In this document: positions 56,116 to 64,000 of the stretch, in pieces
How positions within the stretch are numbered: the first letter of the stretch is position 1
How the letters are laid out: each line of letters begins with the position of its first letter
Origin: Candidatus Freyarchaeum deiterrae
Lineage (GTDB): Archaea > Asgardarchaeota > Jordiarchaeia > Jordiarchaeales > Jordiarchaeaceae
Direction: 5' to 3'
Length of the DNA: 64,000 bases
Assembly (NCBI GenBank): GCA_037305845.1
Contig: CP147778.1
Location: 160,001-224,000 of the forward strand
Program-made: the position numbers and the translations under genes
The notes under the pieces: model-generated
Databases searched by the model: none
The model's input: the letters and a program-made list of their open reading frames with translations, nothing else
Told to the model about the DNA's origin: nothing

Positions 56116-56481
56116 CTATTGTAAGTGTTCTTTGATTATACTTAGCAGGTTTTCAATTTTTATAGGTTTGAGTATGTAACCGTCTGCACCCTTGTTTACG
56201 GCTTCGATGGCGCTCCGCATTGTAGGATAGCCGGTAACCATAATTTTGACCATTTTGGGGCTGGCATCATTAATAGCAGCCAGAAGTTTTGTTCCTTCCA
56301 TGTCCGGAAGTCGAACGTCTATTAATGCTAGGTCGTAAGAATTGGTCTTGGTTTTTTCGATTGCTTCATTTCCATTTTCTGCCGTGTCGACGGTGTATCC
56401 TTCTTCTTCTAGTATTTTTGTTAGGATGCTTCTTATGCTTTCATCGTCATCGACAACAAGAATACTGGCAGGCCCACCCAT
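56116..56481 (-). CDS. Single-domain response regulator (receiver)
   Basis: ILVVDDD, LIDVRLPDMEG phospho-Asp, VTG, YILKP. Confidence 0.93.
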   Translation of the reverse strand: MGGPASILVVDDDESIRSILTKILEEEGYTVDTAENGNEAIEKTKTNSYDLALIDVRLPDMEGTKLLAAINDASPKMVKIMVTGYPTMRSAIEAVNKGADGYILKPIKIENLLSIIKEHLQ

Positions 56482-57004
56482 ACTACTCCCACCATTAATT
56501 TTTGTATTTGATTAGAAGATTTCCAAAGTCCCGCATTTTCCAATAGCGCCTTCCGCGTAGATCCATTCATAGTACATTTTTCGCAGTATCGAATAATAAT
56601 ATTTTATAAACCTTGCAAGAATCTACGCTGCACCGTTTTCTACTTTTTCTGAAAAGTCAAATTCTCCTATACGTATATAATCAATGGTTTTTCTTCAGAA
56701 ACTTTTATGGCTCCCAGATTTAATATTATTATTAATCAGTCTAATCATCTTTTTAAGGCGGAAAGCTTCATTTAACTGCCACACTTCTCCTATAAAAAAC
56801 TATTCAAAAAGTATAATAAAAAAGATATTTTATTCACGCTTTATAGATTTAAATGAGCGCTAATAGTTGAGAAATAAATTAGTAGACGATTATAATTGCA
56901 AAAATACAGGCTTCAAATGGAATTTAATTCGAATCTTGAACAGGTCCACAAACCATATCCAAAAGTTGAGGCTAAATTCCGGGGACAATACAGAGGAGCT
57001 AAAT

Positions 57005-59158
57005 ATGGGAAAATTGGTAGAGAAAACGGAACCCGTTAAAATGCGAAAATCAGGGATCGAAGTTCTGGGCGACATCCCTTGGGGAACACACCTCTGTCAA
57101 TTCTACGAAACCAAGGAAGACCTGCTCGATATTCTAGTGCCCTACTTCGCTGAGGGCCTAAGAGACAATGAATATTGTATATGGGTTACTGCCCCACCCT
57201 TGGACACCGAGGAAGCAAGGGCATCGCTTCAGGAAGCGGTTACCGAATTGGAAAATTATGTGGAGAAGGGGCAGATTGAGATTCTTCCATACACGGATTG
57301 GTATCTTCTCAATGGAGAGTTTGACGAGAACAGGGTTCTTAATGGATGGGTGGAGAAAGAGAAAAGTGCCCTCGAGAGGGGTTTTGAGGGAATACGTCTT
57401 ACGGGGAACTTTATTTGGAGTGAAAAGAAATTTTGGAAAAAGTTCGTAGCATATGACGCAAAAATTAGTGAAATAATTGGAAGGCACCGAATGATTGCTA
57501 TCTGCGCTTACTCTCTTGAGAAATGCACCGGAAACGATATTGCTGATGTTATAAGAAACCATGGGAACGCACTGATTAGAAAGGGAAAATCATGGTTCTT
57601 AGTTGAAGACAGTTCGAAACATAGATTGGAAGATAATAAAGTCGTTGGCAGCCTGACAAAGTTAATGAGAAGCGAAGAGAAATATCGGCAACTAATAGAA
57701 AATTTGAATGAAGGGATTTGGCTCATCGATAAGGAATCCAGGACTACCTTCTGCAATGAGCGTATTTCGGAGATTTTGGGATACACGGTGGACGAGATGA
57801 TTGGTAGGAATTTATTTTCGTTCATGGATGAACACGGTGTGGAGATTGCCAAAAAACTGTTAGAACGCCGCAGAGAGGGAGTAAGAGAGGATCATGATTT
57901 CGAATTTATTCGTAAAGATGGGGCAAGGATTTACACGCGTTTAGGTACGTCACCAATCATAGACGAAAATGGAAATTATGCTGGTGCGCTTGCTGCGGTC
58001 ATAGACATCACAGAACGCAGGCGTATGGAAGAAGAACTGGAGAATTCGGAAAAGCGTTATAAGGAACTGTTCAACAACACTGGTGACGCCATCTTCATCC
58101 ATGACTTGGAAGGTAAATTTCTAGAGGTTAACCGTGTAGCCTGTGAACGCCTCGGCTACAGCCGGGAAGAATTCCTACGGATGAGCCCAATGGACATAGA
58201 CACTCCAGAATATGCAGCCATAGTACCTGAACGGATGGAGGAGCTACGCCAGAAAGGTCAAATCATATTCGAAACGGCTCACTTGAGACGCGACGGCTGC
58301 GACTGCATCCGCATACCCACCGAACTGAGCAGTTGCCTCATTGAGTATGATGGAAAGCCAGCTATCCTCAGCATCGCCAGAGACATCACCGAGCGTAAGA
58401 GAATGGAGGAGGAGCTCAGACGTTACTCCGAGCACCTTGAGGAATTGGTCGAAGAGAGAACAAGAAAGCTGAGAGAAGCCGAGCGGATGGCCGCTATTGG
58501 TGAGACTGCGGCCATGGTGGGCCATGACCTCCGCAACCCGCTGCAGAGCATTTTCGGCTTACTTTATTTAGCTAATAAAAACTTGAATTCTCAAGCCACT
58601 TCAAATGGGAAACAGAAAAATGACTTGGCTGAGTTGTTGCAAACAATCGAGGGACAGGTGGACTACATGAACAAAATTGTTTCTGATCTAGAGGATTACG
58701 CGAAGCCAGTGAATCCCCAACTGGTTGCGACGAGCGTACACCAGCTAATCGATGACACATTCTCAGCGAGAACAATTCCTGAAAATGTTAGAGTCTACAT
58801 GGGAATTGAGGAGGACTTACAACTGGCGATTGACCCCACTATGATGCGGCGTGTATTAGCCAACTTGATTGAAAACGCAGTTCAAGCCATGCCAAACGGA
58901 GGCCAGCTGAAGATAAAAGCTTCCAAAAAGGGGGACTCTGTACTTATAGGTGTAGAGGACACAGGTGTGGGCATACCGGGAGAGAATCTGTCCAAACTTT
59001 TCCAGCCGCTATTCACCACCAAGGCTAAGGGGCAGGGGCTCGGATTAGCCGTCTGCAATAGGCTGGTGGAAGCCCATGGTGGCAGCATTACGGTGGAGAG
59101 TGAGGTGGGTAAAGGCTCAACCTTCACAGTCGAAATACCGCTTAAAAAGATGAATTAA
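57005..59158 (+). CDS. MEDS-PAS-PAS-HisKA-HATPase soluble histidine kinase
   Basis: GTHLCQFYET (MEDS), two PAS/PAC, GHDLRNPL, ENAVQAM, DTGVGI, FTTK..GQGLGL; start ATG 57005 after GAGGAG. Confidence 0.93.
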   Translation: MGKLVEKTEPVKMRKSGIEVLGDIPWGTHLCQFYETKEDLLDILVPYFAEGLRDNEYCIWVTAPPLDTEEARASLQEAVTELENYVEKGQIEILPYTDWYLLNGEFDENRVLNGWVEKEKSALERGFEGIRLTGNFIWSEKKFWKKFVAYDAKISEIIGRHRMIAICAYSLEKCTGNDIADVIRNHGNALIRKGKSWFLVEDSSKHRLEDNKVVGSLTKLMRSEEKYRQLIENLNEGIWLIDKESRTTFCNERISEILGYTVDEMIGRNLFSFMDEHGVEIAKKLLERRREGVREDHDFEFIRKDGARIYTRLGTSPIIDENGNYAGALAAVIDITERRRMEEELENSEKRYKELFNNTGDAIFIHDLEGKFLEVNRVACERLGYSREEFLRMSPMDIDTPEYAAIVPERMEELRQKGQIIFETAHLRRDGCDCIRIPTELSSCLIEYDGKPAILSIARDITERKRMEEELRRYSEHLEELVEERTRKLREAERMAAIGETAAMVGHDLRNPLQSIFGLLYLANKNLNSQATSNGKQKNDLAELLQTIEGQVDYMNKIVSDLEDYAKPVNPQLVATSVHQLIDDTFSARTIPENVRVYMGIEEDLQLAIDPTMMRRVLANLIENAVQAMPNGGQLKIKASKKGDSVLIGVEDTGVGIPGENLSKLFQPLFTTKAKGQGLGLAVCNRLVEAHGGSITVESEVGKGSTFTVEIPLKKMN

Positions 59159-59304
59159 GCTGAACAAGAAAAGTTATAGATTTTAAAAAATCTCTCTAAA
59201 ACTGGAGCTAAAAAAATAACTTAAATCTCAAAAACAAGCATCAACAAATTTTTAAATTAGAGTGCCTCGAGGAGTAGCAGCCTAAGCTAATAGTCCGGTA
59301 ATTT

Positions 59305-59366
59305 GCTATTGGAAATTTATGGCTCTTCGTATAGAAGAGTTGATGTTTCATGCACTTTTGTGCAGT
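59305..59366 (-). pseudogene. Decayed remnant of the lrp 5' end
   Basis: Reads HETSTLLYEEP* versus REILSLLSEDPD in the intact gene, at the equivalent position relative to the promoter. Confidence 0.5.
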
Positions 59367-59418
59367 ACAAGAATCTGTTTTGCTATTTTTCATGAGGTTT
59401 CTGTTGAATTATAAGAAT

Positions 59419-59504
59419 ATTGTGTAATTTCAATTAAATTAAATAATTTATAACAAAATTTTCAATAATAATAATAAATTATCATAGTTAGTTTTATTAA
59501 ATAG
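59419..59504 (+). promoter_or_regulatory. Conserved promoter, copy 2
   Basis: ATTGTGTAAT at 59419; TTTATTAAATAG at 59493 (offset 74). Confidence 0.7.
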
Positions 59505-59521
59505 TTTTGCTCTAATTAAAA

Positions 59522-59873
59522 TACAAGGAGCTTTAAAAAAATCTCAGAACCGTCCACTTGGGAGGCATACAAGGACCAGCAGGGAATTCCCCCGAGAAAA
59601 CGCTGGCTCCAGCTCTGCTTGCGGGAAGGGGGATTTAAAACTGCTTGGGGCGGAGGACTCCTAAATGTTGGGAGGAGGCCCCCCACCTTAAGCCCGCGTC
59701 CTCCAGAATGGGCGACTTCAGTGATCCAGTAATACAGAACTAAAAGTTTAAAGCGTGAATGAAAGAGTTTCACAGACCCCAAATAATATTAAGATAATGG
59801 ATAGATGACCACCCACCCTCTCTCCCTCGCACGGTCTGTGAAGCTCCATTAAACACGCACCCAAAACAGAGTG
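59522..59873 (+). ncRNA. BHB-containing structured ncRNA, copy 2 (predicted excised segment 59764-59852, 89 nt)
   Basis: BHB 59753-59858 with inner helix GAGTTTCACAGACC/GGTCTGTGAAGCTC; invariant 26-mer 59806-59831; upstream hairpin 59643-59693. Ends approximate. Confidence 0.75.
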
Positions 59874-60035
59874 CCTAAAAAGACTAAAATGACGAATTCC
59901 ATAGCGCATCAGAGAGAGCACAAGCGGTATGAATAAAAACAACTAACCAAAAAACGAATTGAAGTATGACTTTTACGAAAAAAATCATTAAAGCTTTTGA
60001 AAAGTTGATTAAAAAAAAATTAGTGATGAACATAA

Positions 60036-60188
60036 ATGCTCAAAAGGAATAATAGAATAGAAAAAACTACACTGGTAGTGGACCTTAATGATTTAATCTT
60101 GAAAGAACACAGTGCTCTGAAGCAGATCCTGAAAGAAATCACAAAGGATTACTATTCAATACAGCGAAAGAACACAATCTCTCAGTAA
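60036..60188 (+). CDS. 50-aa ORF partly homologous to the RHH-like protein (possibly degenerate)
   Basis: MLKRNNRIEKTTLVVDLNDLILKEHSALKQ...; shares EK(A/T)TLVVD and the upstream ATGAC..TTTA.GAAAAA.ATCATTAAA motif with 55562..55720. Confidence 0.4.
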   Translation: MLKRNNRIEKTTLVVDLNDLILKEHSALKQILKEITKDYYSIQRKNTISQ

Positions 60189-60271
60189 ACGTTGAAAGCA
60201 CGGCTGTAAAAAAGGAGTAATTCTTACAAAACATTCAATTAGACTAAAAAGTCTGGAAGCAAGAAGACGCG

Positions 60272-60352
60272 CCTGTAAAGATTATTGTCGACCACTATGA
60301 AAGTGTAAGGAAAGATTTAACAAACATGAGCGAAAGGAGAATACGTTTTTGA
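60272..60352 (+). pseudogene. Possible receiver-domain remnant
   Basis: PVKIIVDHYESVRKDLTNM resembles PASILVVDDDESIRSILTKI; stops early and has no start. Confidence 0.35.
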
Positions 60353-60815
60353 AGAAAAAACGATCGAGCCCGAGCCCCAAACGCTTTAATAGTTTTAGCG
60401 TCTCTGCCCTCTGATTTTAAACTATTTCATTTCATTAAGTGTTTTATAGCTTGGTCAATGGTTTTAGACTGGGTTCGGTTTTTAGCTTGCTCAAAGCTCT
60501 CCAAGTATAAATTCTGAATACGACCAATCGGAATTTATTACTTCGAAGGATGCCTATAATTTTTATAATATTTCCAATTAATTTTTATCAAATACGCAAC
60601 CCTTTTAAATGAAGACTTCTTGCAGTTTTATTAAATAAGAACTATTTAGAATATTATGATAAAATAGTTAGTGTTAATTAAGCGGTAAGAGTTAGAAATA
60701 GGGTATATAAAAAATTTTTAAAAAACCTCACTGGTATGAGAAGCTAACATTAAACCAGTTGGCATCATATTTAGAGTTAAGAGAAGTCTGAGGGAAGAAA
60801 GGAAGAGGTTAAGGT

Positions 60816-62594
60816 ATGGTAAAATTGGTGGAGGAGATAGAAAATTCTGCCTTGCGAAAATCTGGAATTGAAGTTCTGGGCGACATCCCTTGGGGAACAC
60901 ACCTCTGTCAATTCTACGAAACTAAAGAAGATATGAAAGATATTCTGGTGCCCTACTTCGCTGAGGGCTTAAGAAACAATGAGATGTGTATGTGGGTGAC
61001 CTCAATACCTTTGGGAGTCGAAGAAGCAACAGCGGCGCTTCGGAAAGCGGTTCCTAACTTGGAATATTACGTGGAGAAGGGGCAGATTGAGATTCTTCCG
61101 TACACGGAATGGTACCTTCTCGGCGGAGAGTTTGATATGGACAGAGTTCTGAATGGATGGATTGAGAAGGAAAAAAGCGCTATTGAGCGCGGGTTTGATG
61201 GGTTGCGTCTTACTGGAAACACTTTCTGGCTTCAGCGGAGCCTCTGGCAAAGCTTCGTGGACTATGAAGCAAAAATAAACGAGGTGATCGGGGAGCACCG
61301 AATGGTCGCCATTTGTACTTACTCGCTTAAAAAATGCACCACCAGCGATGTTATCGACGTCATGAGAAACCATGAGAGCACATTGATTAGAAAGGGAAAA
61401 TCCTGGTTCCTAGCTGAAGATGTCACAAAGCGTAAAATGGCGGAGAATAGGGCTACAGAGAGCCGGACACAGTTGAAGAGAAGCGAAGAGAAATACCGCT
61501 TACTAATAGAAAATTTGAATGAAGGGGTTTGGGTTTACGATAATAAAATCTTGACCTCTTTTGTCAATGAGCGCATGGCTGAGATGTTGGGATACACCGT
61601 GGATGAAATGATTGGTAAACATATATTTTCATTCATGAATGAAAAGGGAGTGGAGATTGCCAAAAAAAAGTTAGAAAGCCGGAAACGGGGAATCGCCGAA
61701 GTTCATGAATTCGAATTTGTCCGAAAAAATGGGACTAGAATTTACACGCAAATAGGTGAATCGCCTATCATAGGCGAAGATGGAAATTTTGCTGGAGCAA
61801 TTGCTGCCGTCACAGATATCTCAGAACACAGGCGAATGGAGGACGAGCTTAGAAATTATTCCGAGCGCCTAGAGGAGTTGGTTGAAGAGAGGACAAGAAA
61901 GCTGAGAGAAGCCGAGCGGATGGCTACAGTAGGTGAGCTGGCTGCTACAGTGGGCCATGATCTCCGCAACCCGCTGCAGAGCATTTTCGGCTTACTTTAT
62001 TTAGCTAATAAAAATTTGAATCCTCAAGCCACTTCAAATGGGAAACAGAAAAATGACTTGGGCGAGTTGTTGCAAACAATAGAGGGACAGGTTGACTACA
62101 TGAGAAAAATTGTTTCTGACCTTGAGGATTACGCGAAGCCAGTGAAGCCTCAACTGGTTGAGACCAGCTTACACCAGCTAATCGATGAAACATTCTCAGC
62201 GATAACAATTCCAGAGAAGGTTCAGGTTTCTATCGGAATTCAAGAGGACTTTCCACAGCTGATGGTTGACCAAGCAATGATGCGACGTGTATTGGACAAC
62301 CTAGTTACAAACGCAGTTCAAGCCATGCCAAACGGAGGTCGACTGACGATAAAAGCATCCGAAACAGATGACAATGCGCTCATAATCGTAGAGGACACGG
62401 GTGTAGGCATACCTGAAGAGAATCTCCCAAAGATTTTCCAGCCACTGTTTACCACAAAGCCTAAAGGTCAAGGGTTCGGATTGCCGGCCTGCAAGAGGCT
62501 GGTGGAAGCCCACGGTGGCAGCATCACGGTGGAGAGTGAGGTGGGTAAAGGCTCAACCTTCACAGTCAAAATACCACTCAGAAATATGAAGTAG
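60816..62594 (+). CDS. MEDS-PAS-HisKA-HATPase soluble histidine kinase
   Basis: Close paralog of 57005..59158 with one PAS domain; GHDLRNPL and N/G1/F/G2 boxes. Confidence 0.94.
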   Translation: MVKLVEEIENSALRKSGIEVLGDIPWGTHLCQFYETKEDMKDILVPYFAEGLRNNEMCMWVTSIPLGVEEATAALRKAVPNLEYYVEKGQIEILPYTEWYLLGGEFDMDRVLNGWIEKEKSAIERGFDGLRLTGNTFWLQRSLWQSFVDYEAKINEVIGEHRMVAICTYSLKKCTTSDVIDVMRNHESTLIRKGKSWFLAEDVTKRKMAENRATESRTQLKRSEEKYRLLIENLNEGVWVYDNKILTSFVNERMAEMLGYTVDEMIGKHIFSFMNEKGVEIAKKKLESRKRGIAEVHEFEFVRKNGTRIYTQIGESPIIGEDGNFAGAIAAVTDISEHRRMEDELRNYSERLEELVEERTRKLREAERMATVGELAATVGHDLRNPLQSIFGLLYLANKNLNPQATSNGKQKNDLGELLQTIEGQVDYMRKIVSDLEDYAKPVKPQLVETSLHQLIDETFSAITIPEKVQVSIGIQEDFPQLMVDQAMMRRVLDNLVTNAVQAMPNGGRLTIKASETDDNALIIVEDTGVGIPEENLPKIFQPLFTTKPKGQGFGLPACKRLVEAHGGSITVESEVGKGSTFTVKIPLRNMK

Positions 62595-62831
62595 AGTGAA
62601 CAAGGAAAGTATCCAGATTATGGATAATGAAATTCAAGTCTAAAAAGCACCAACAAATATTAAAAAATAAAAGTATTCAAACTGAGGATTTGATTTTTGG
62701 GTTCCGCGTTAATTAATAATATCAACTTTAAATTTTCAGCCAGTAAGGTCATAATCCTGCCCCTCTTGCCTAAGGAGAAGCTTGATCCTTTTTTTTTATT
62801 AGTTATGGGTTTCCTCTGAATTACAAAGAAT

Positions 62832-62917
62832 ATTGCGCAATTCTAGTTAAATCGAATAATTTATAGTGAAATTTATTACACAAATTATGAATTATAATAG
62901 GCAAATTTATTAAATAG
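62832..62917 (+). promoter_or_regulatory. Conserved promoter, copy 3
   Basis: ATTGCGCAAT 62832-62841; TTTATTAAATAG at 62906 (offset 74). Confidence 0.75.
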
Positions 62918-62934
62918 TTACTAGAGATATATAC

Positions 62935-63260
62935 AAAGAAGAAAACACTTAGCCCAACTACAAATACAACAGAGTTACACTAATCCTGGCGGTATGGAAT
63001 GGCGGAGGAAATTACAGGGCTCCCAAAAGTGCTTCAACGGAGGATCCCTCAAATGCTGGGAGGAGGAGGGGTCCTCCCGGAAAGCACACGCTTCAACTGA
63101 AGACTGCACTGGAATTGGTAATTCGGAGTTTAACGGGTTGGTTTAACGCGTGAATGAAAGAGTTTCACAGACCCCAAATAAAATTATGATAATGATGACC
63201 ACCCACCCTCTCTCCCTCGCAGGTCTGTGGAGCTCCATTAAACACGCACCCAGAACAGAT
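62935..63260 (+). ncRNA. BHB-containing structured ncRNA, copy 3 (predicted excised segment 63159-63241, 83 nt)
   Basis: BHB 63148-63247; invariant 26-mer 63196-63221; upstream hairpin 63029-63087. Ends approximate. Confidence 0.75.
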
Positions 63261-63295
63261 TTACTGAGAGAAACGCTAATACGGAGTGATGTAAA

Positions 63296-63529
63296 ATGGT
63301 TGAAGTTGTTAAGACATTTGGTGAGTTAAAATATCTGGCTGAGAATTGGATAAAGGTGTATGATTTAAAGTGTCCTGTGTGTGGCTCACCGGTCTTCGTT
63401 AGACCATTCAATGTGTTCTCGGTAGCGGCAGAGAGTGGTCTTATTGAGATTGAAATGGAGCAGATATGCCAGAATTCAGAATGTGGTTATAGTGCAATCA
63501 GATTTTATGATATTCAAATTCACGAATAA
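63296..63529 (+). CDS. Small zinc-ribbon protein
   Basis: CPVCG ... CQNSECGY; GGAGTGA SD; starts about 50 nt after BHB copy 3. Confidence 0.75.
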   Translation: MVEVVKTFGELKYLAENWIKVYDLKCPVCGSPVFVRPFNVFSVAAESGLIEIEMEQICQNSECGYSAIRFYDIQIHE

Positions 63530-63643
63530 TTCTTGAATTCCTAAACCGATATTTATATTGAATGTGTTACCACAGCAGAAATGTTTTTTGATTGGTTTAG
63601 TGAATAAGCTTAATGTCTATATGTTTATGGTTTACTATTATTA

Positions 63644-64000
63644 CTAGATGAGACTGAAAACGTTAGAATTTGAAAGGCTGGGATCGAATTGTTAAAGGAT
63701 GTTTGTTTGGGGACGCACCTCTGTCAATTCTATGAAACTAAAGAAGATCTTATCGATATTTTAGTTCCCTATTTTGCTGATGGTTTAAGGAAGAATGAGT
63801 TTTGTATGTGGGTGACCTCGCCACCCTTGGTAGTTGAGGAAGCGTGGGCTGCACTTCGGAAAGCGGTCCCTGACTTGGAGAAGTACAGGGAGAAGGGACA
63901 GATTGAGATTCTTCCGTACACGGAATGGTACCTTCTCGGCAGGGAGTTTGATATGAATAGAGTTCTGAATGGATGGGTGGAGAAGGAAAAAAGCGCTATT
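63644..64000 (+). pseudogene. Third MEDS-domain sensor, partial at window edge, with in-frame TGA near the N-terminus
   Basis: LDETENVRI*KAGIELLKDVCLGTHLCQFYETKEDL...; TGA 63671 aligns to CGA (Arg) of both paralogs; a TTG restart at 63689 is possible. Confidence 0.65.

Noticed and set aside
56867-57004. N-terminal extension of histidine kinase 1 in the ORF track
   Set aside because: Paralog alignment and the GAGGAG SD support the start at 57005.
59753-59858. SECIS element (AUGA at the base of a long hairpin) with TGA 63671 as selenocysteine
   Set aside because: The opposite strand reads CAUU, not the GA of the SECIS quartet; the TGA aligns to Arg (CGA), not Cys.
63186-63260. C/D-box sRNA (ATGATGA in copy 3)
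   Set aside because: Box C is not conserved in copies 1-2, and there is no suitably placed CUGA box D in the excised segment.
63001-63260. RNase P RNA (GAGGAAA ... AACAGA words)
   Set aside because: The P4 pseudoknot strands are absent, GAGGAAA occurs only in copy 3, and multi-copy occurrence is not expected.

Overview
Archaeal genomic window, about 40% GC, with archaeal TATA/SD signals, AOR, an ADP-dependent sugar kinase and a two-gene SufCB. It is probably an Asgard-type lineage, inferred from single-pass membrane proteins with longin-like cytoplasmic domains. Positions 1-11.6 kb hold one giant (>3850 aa) secreted beta-helix/CARDB/Ig-like surface protein on the minus strand, absent from the ORF track because it runs off the window. 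Positions 12-53.6 kb hold metabolic and accessory genes: GH1 glycosidase, beta-oxidation enzymes, aor, cysE-cysK with a stand-alone ThrRS editing domain, sufCB, an atypical cooS cluster, three tandem HSL esterases, TA modules and a possible CRISPR relic. The most striking part is 53.6-64 kb, a tandemly repeated module: Lrp gene or its remnant <- divergent promoter (ATTGCGCAAT-type palindrome starting exactly 74 bp before a TATA box) -> about 350 nt structured non-coding RNA -> small ORF -> MEDS-PAS-histidine kinase. Three of the RNAs end in a canonical bulge-helix-bulge (BHB) splicing motif with covarying helices around an invariant 26-nt C/U-rich loop. This predicts endonuclease-excised 83-89 nt (circular) RNAs outside any tRNA or rRNA gene, a candidate undescribed splicing-dependent RNA regulatory system linked to two-component signalling. 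All assignments come from reading the sequence; no database searches were run.
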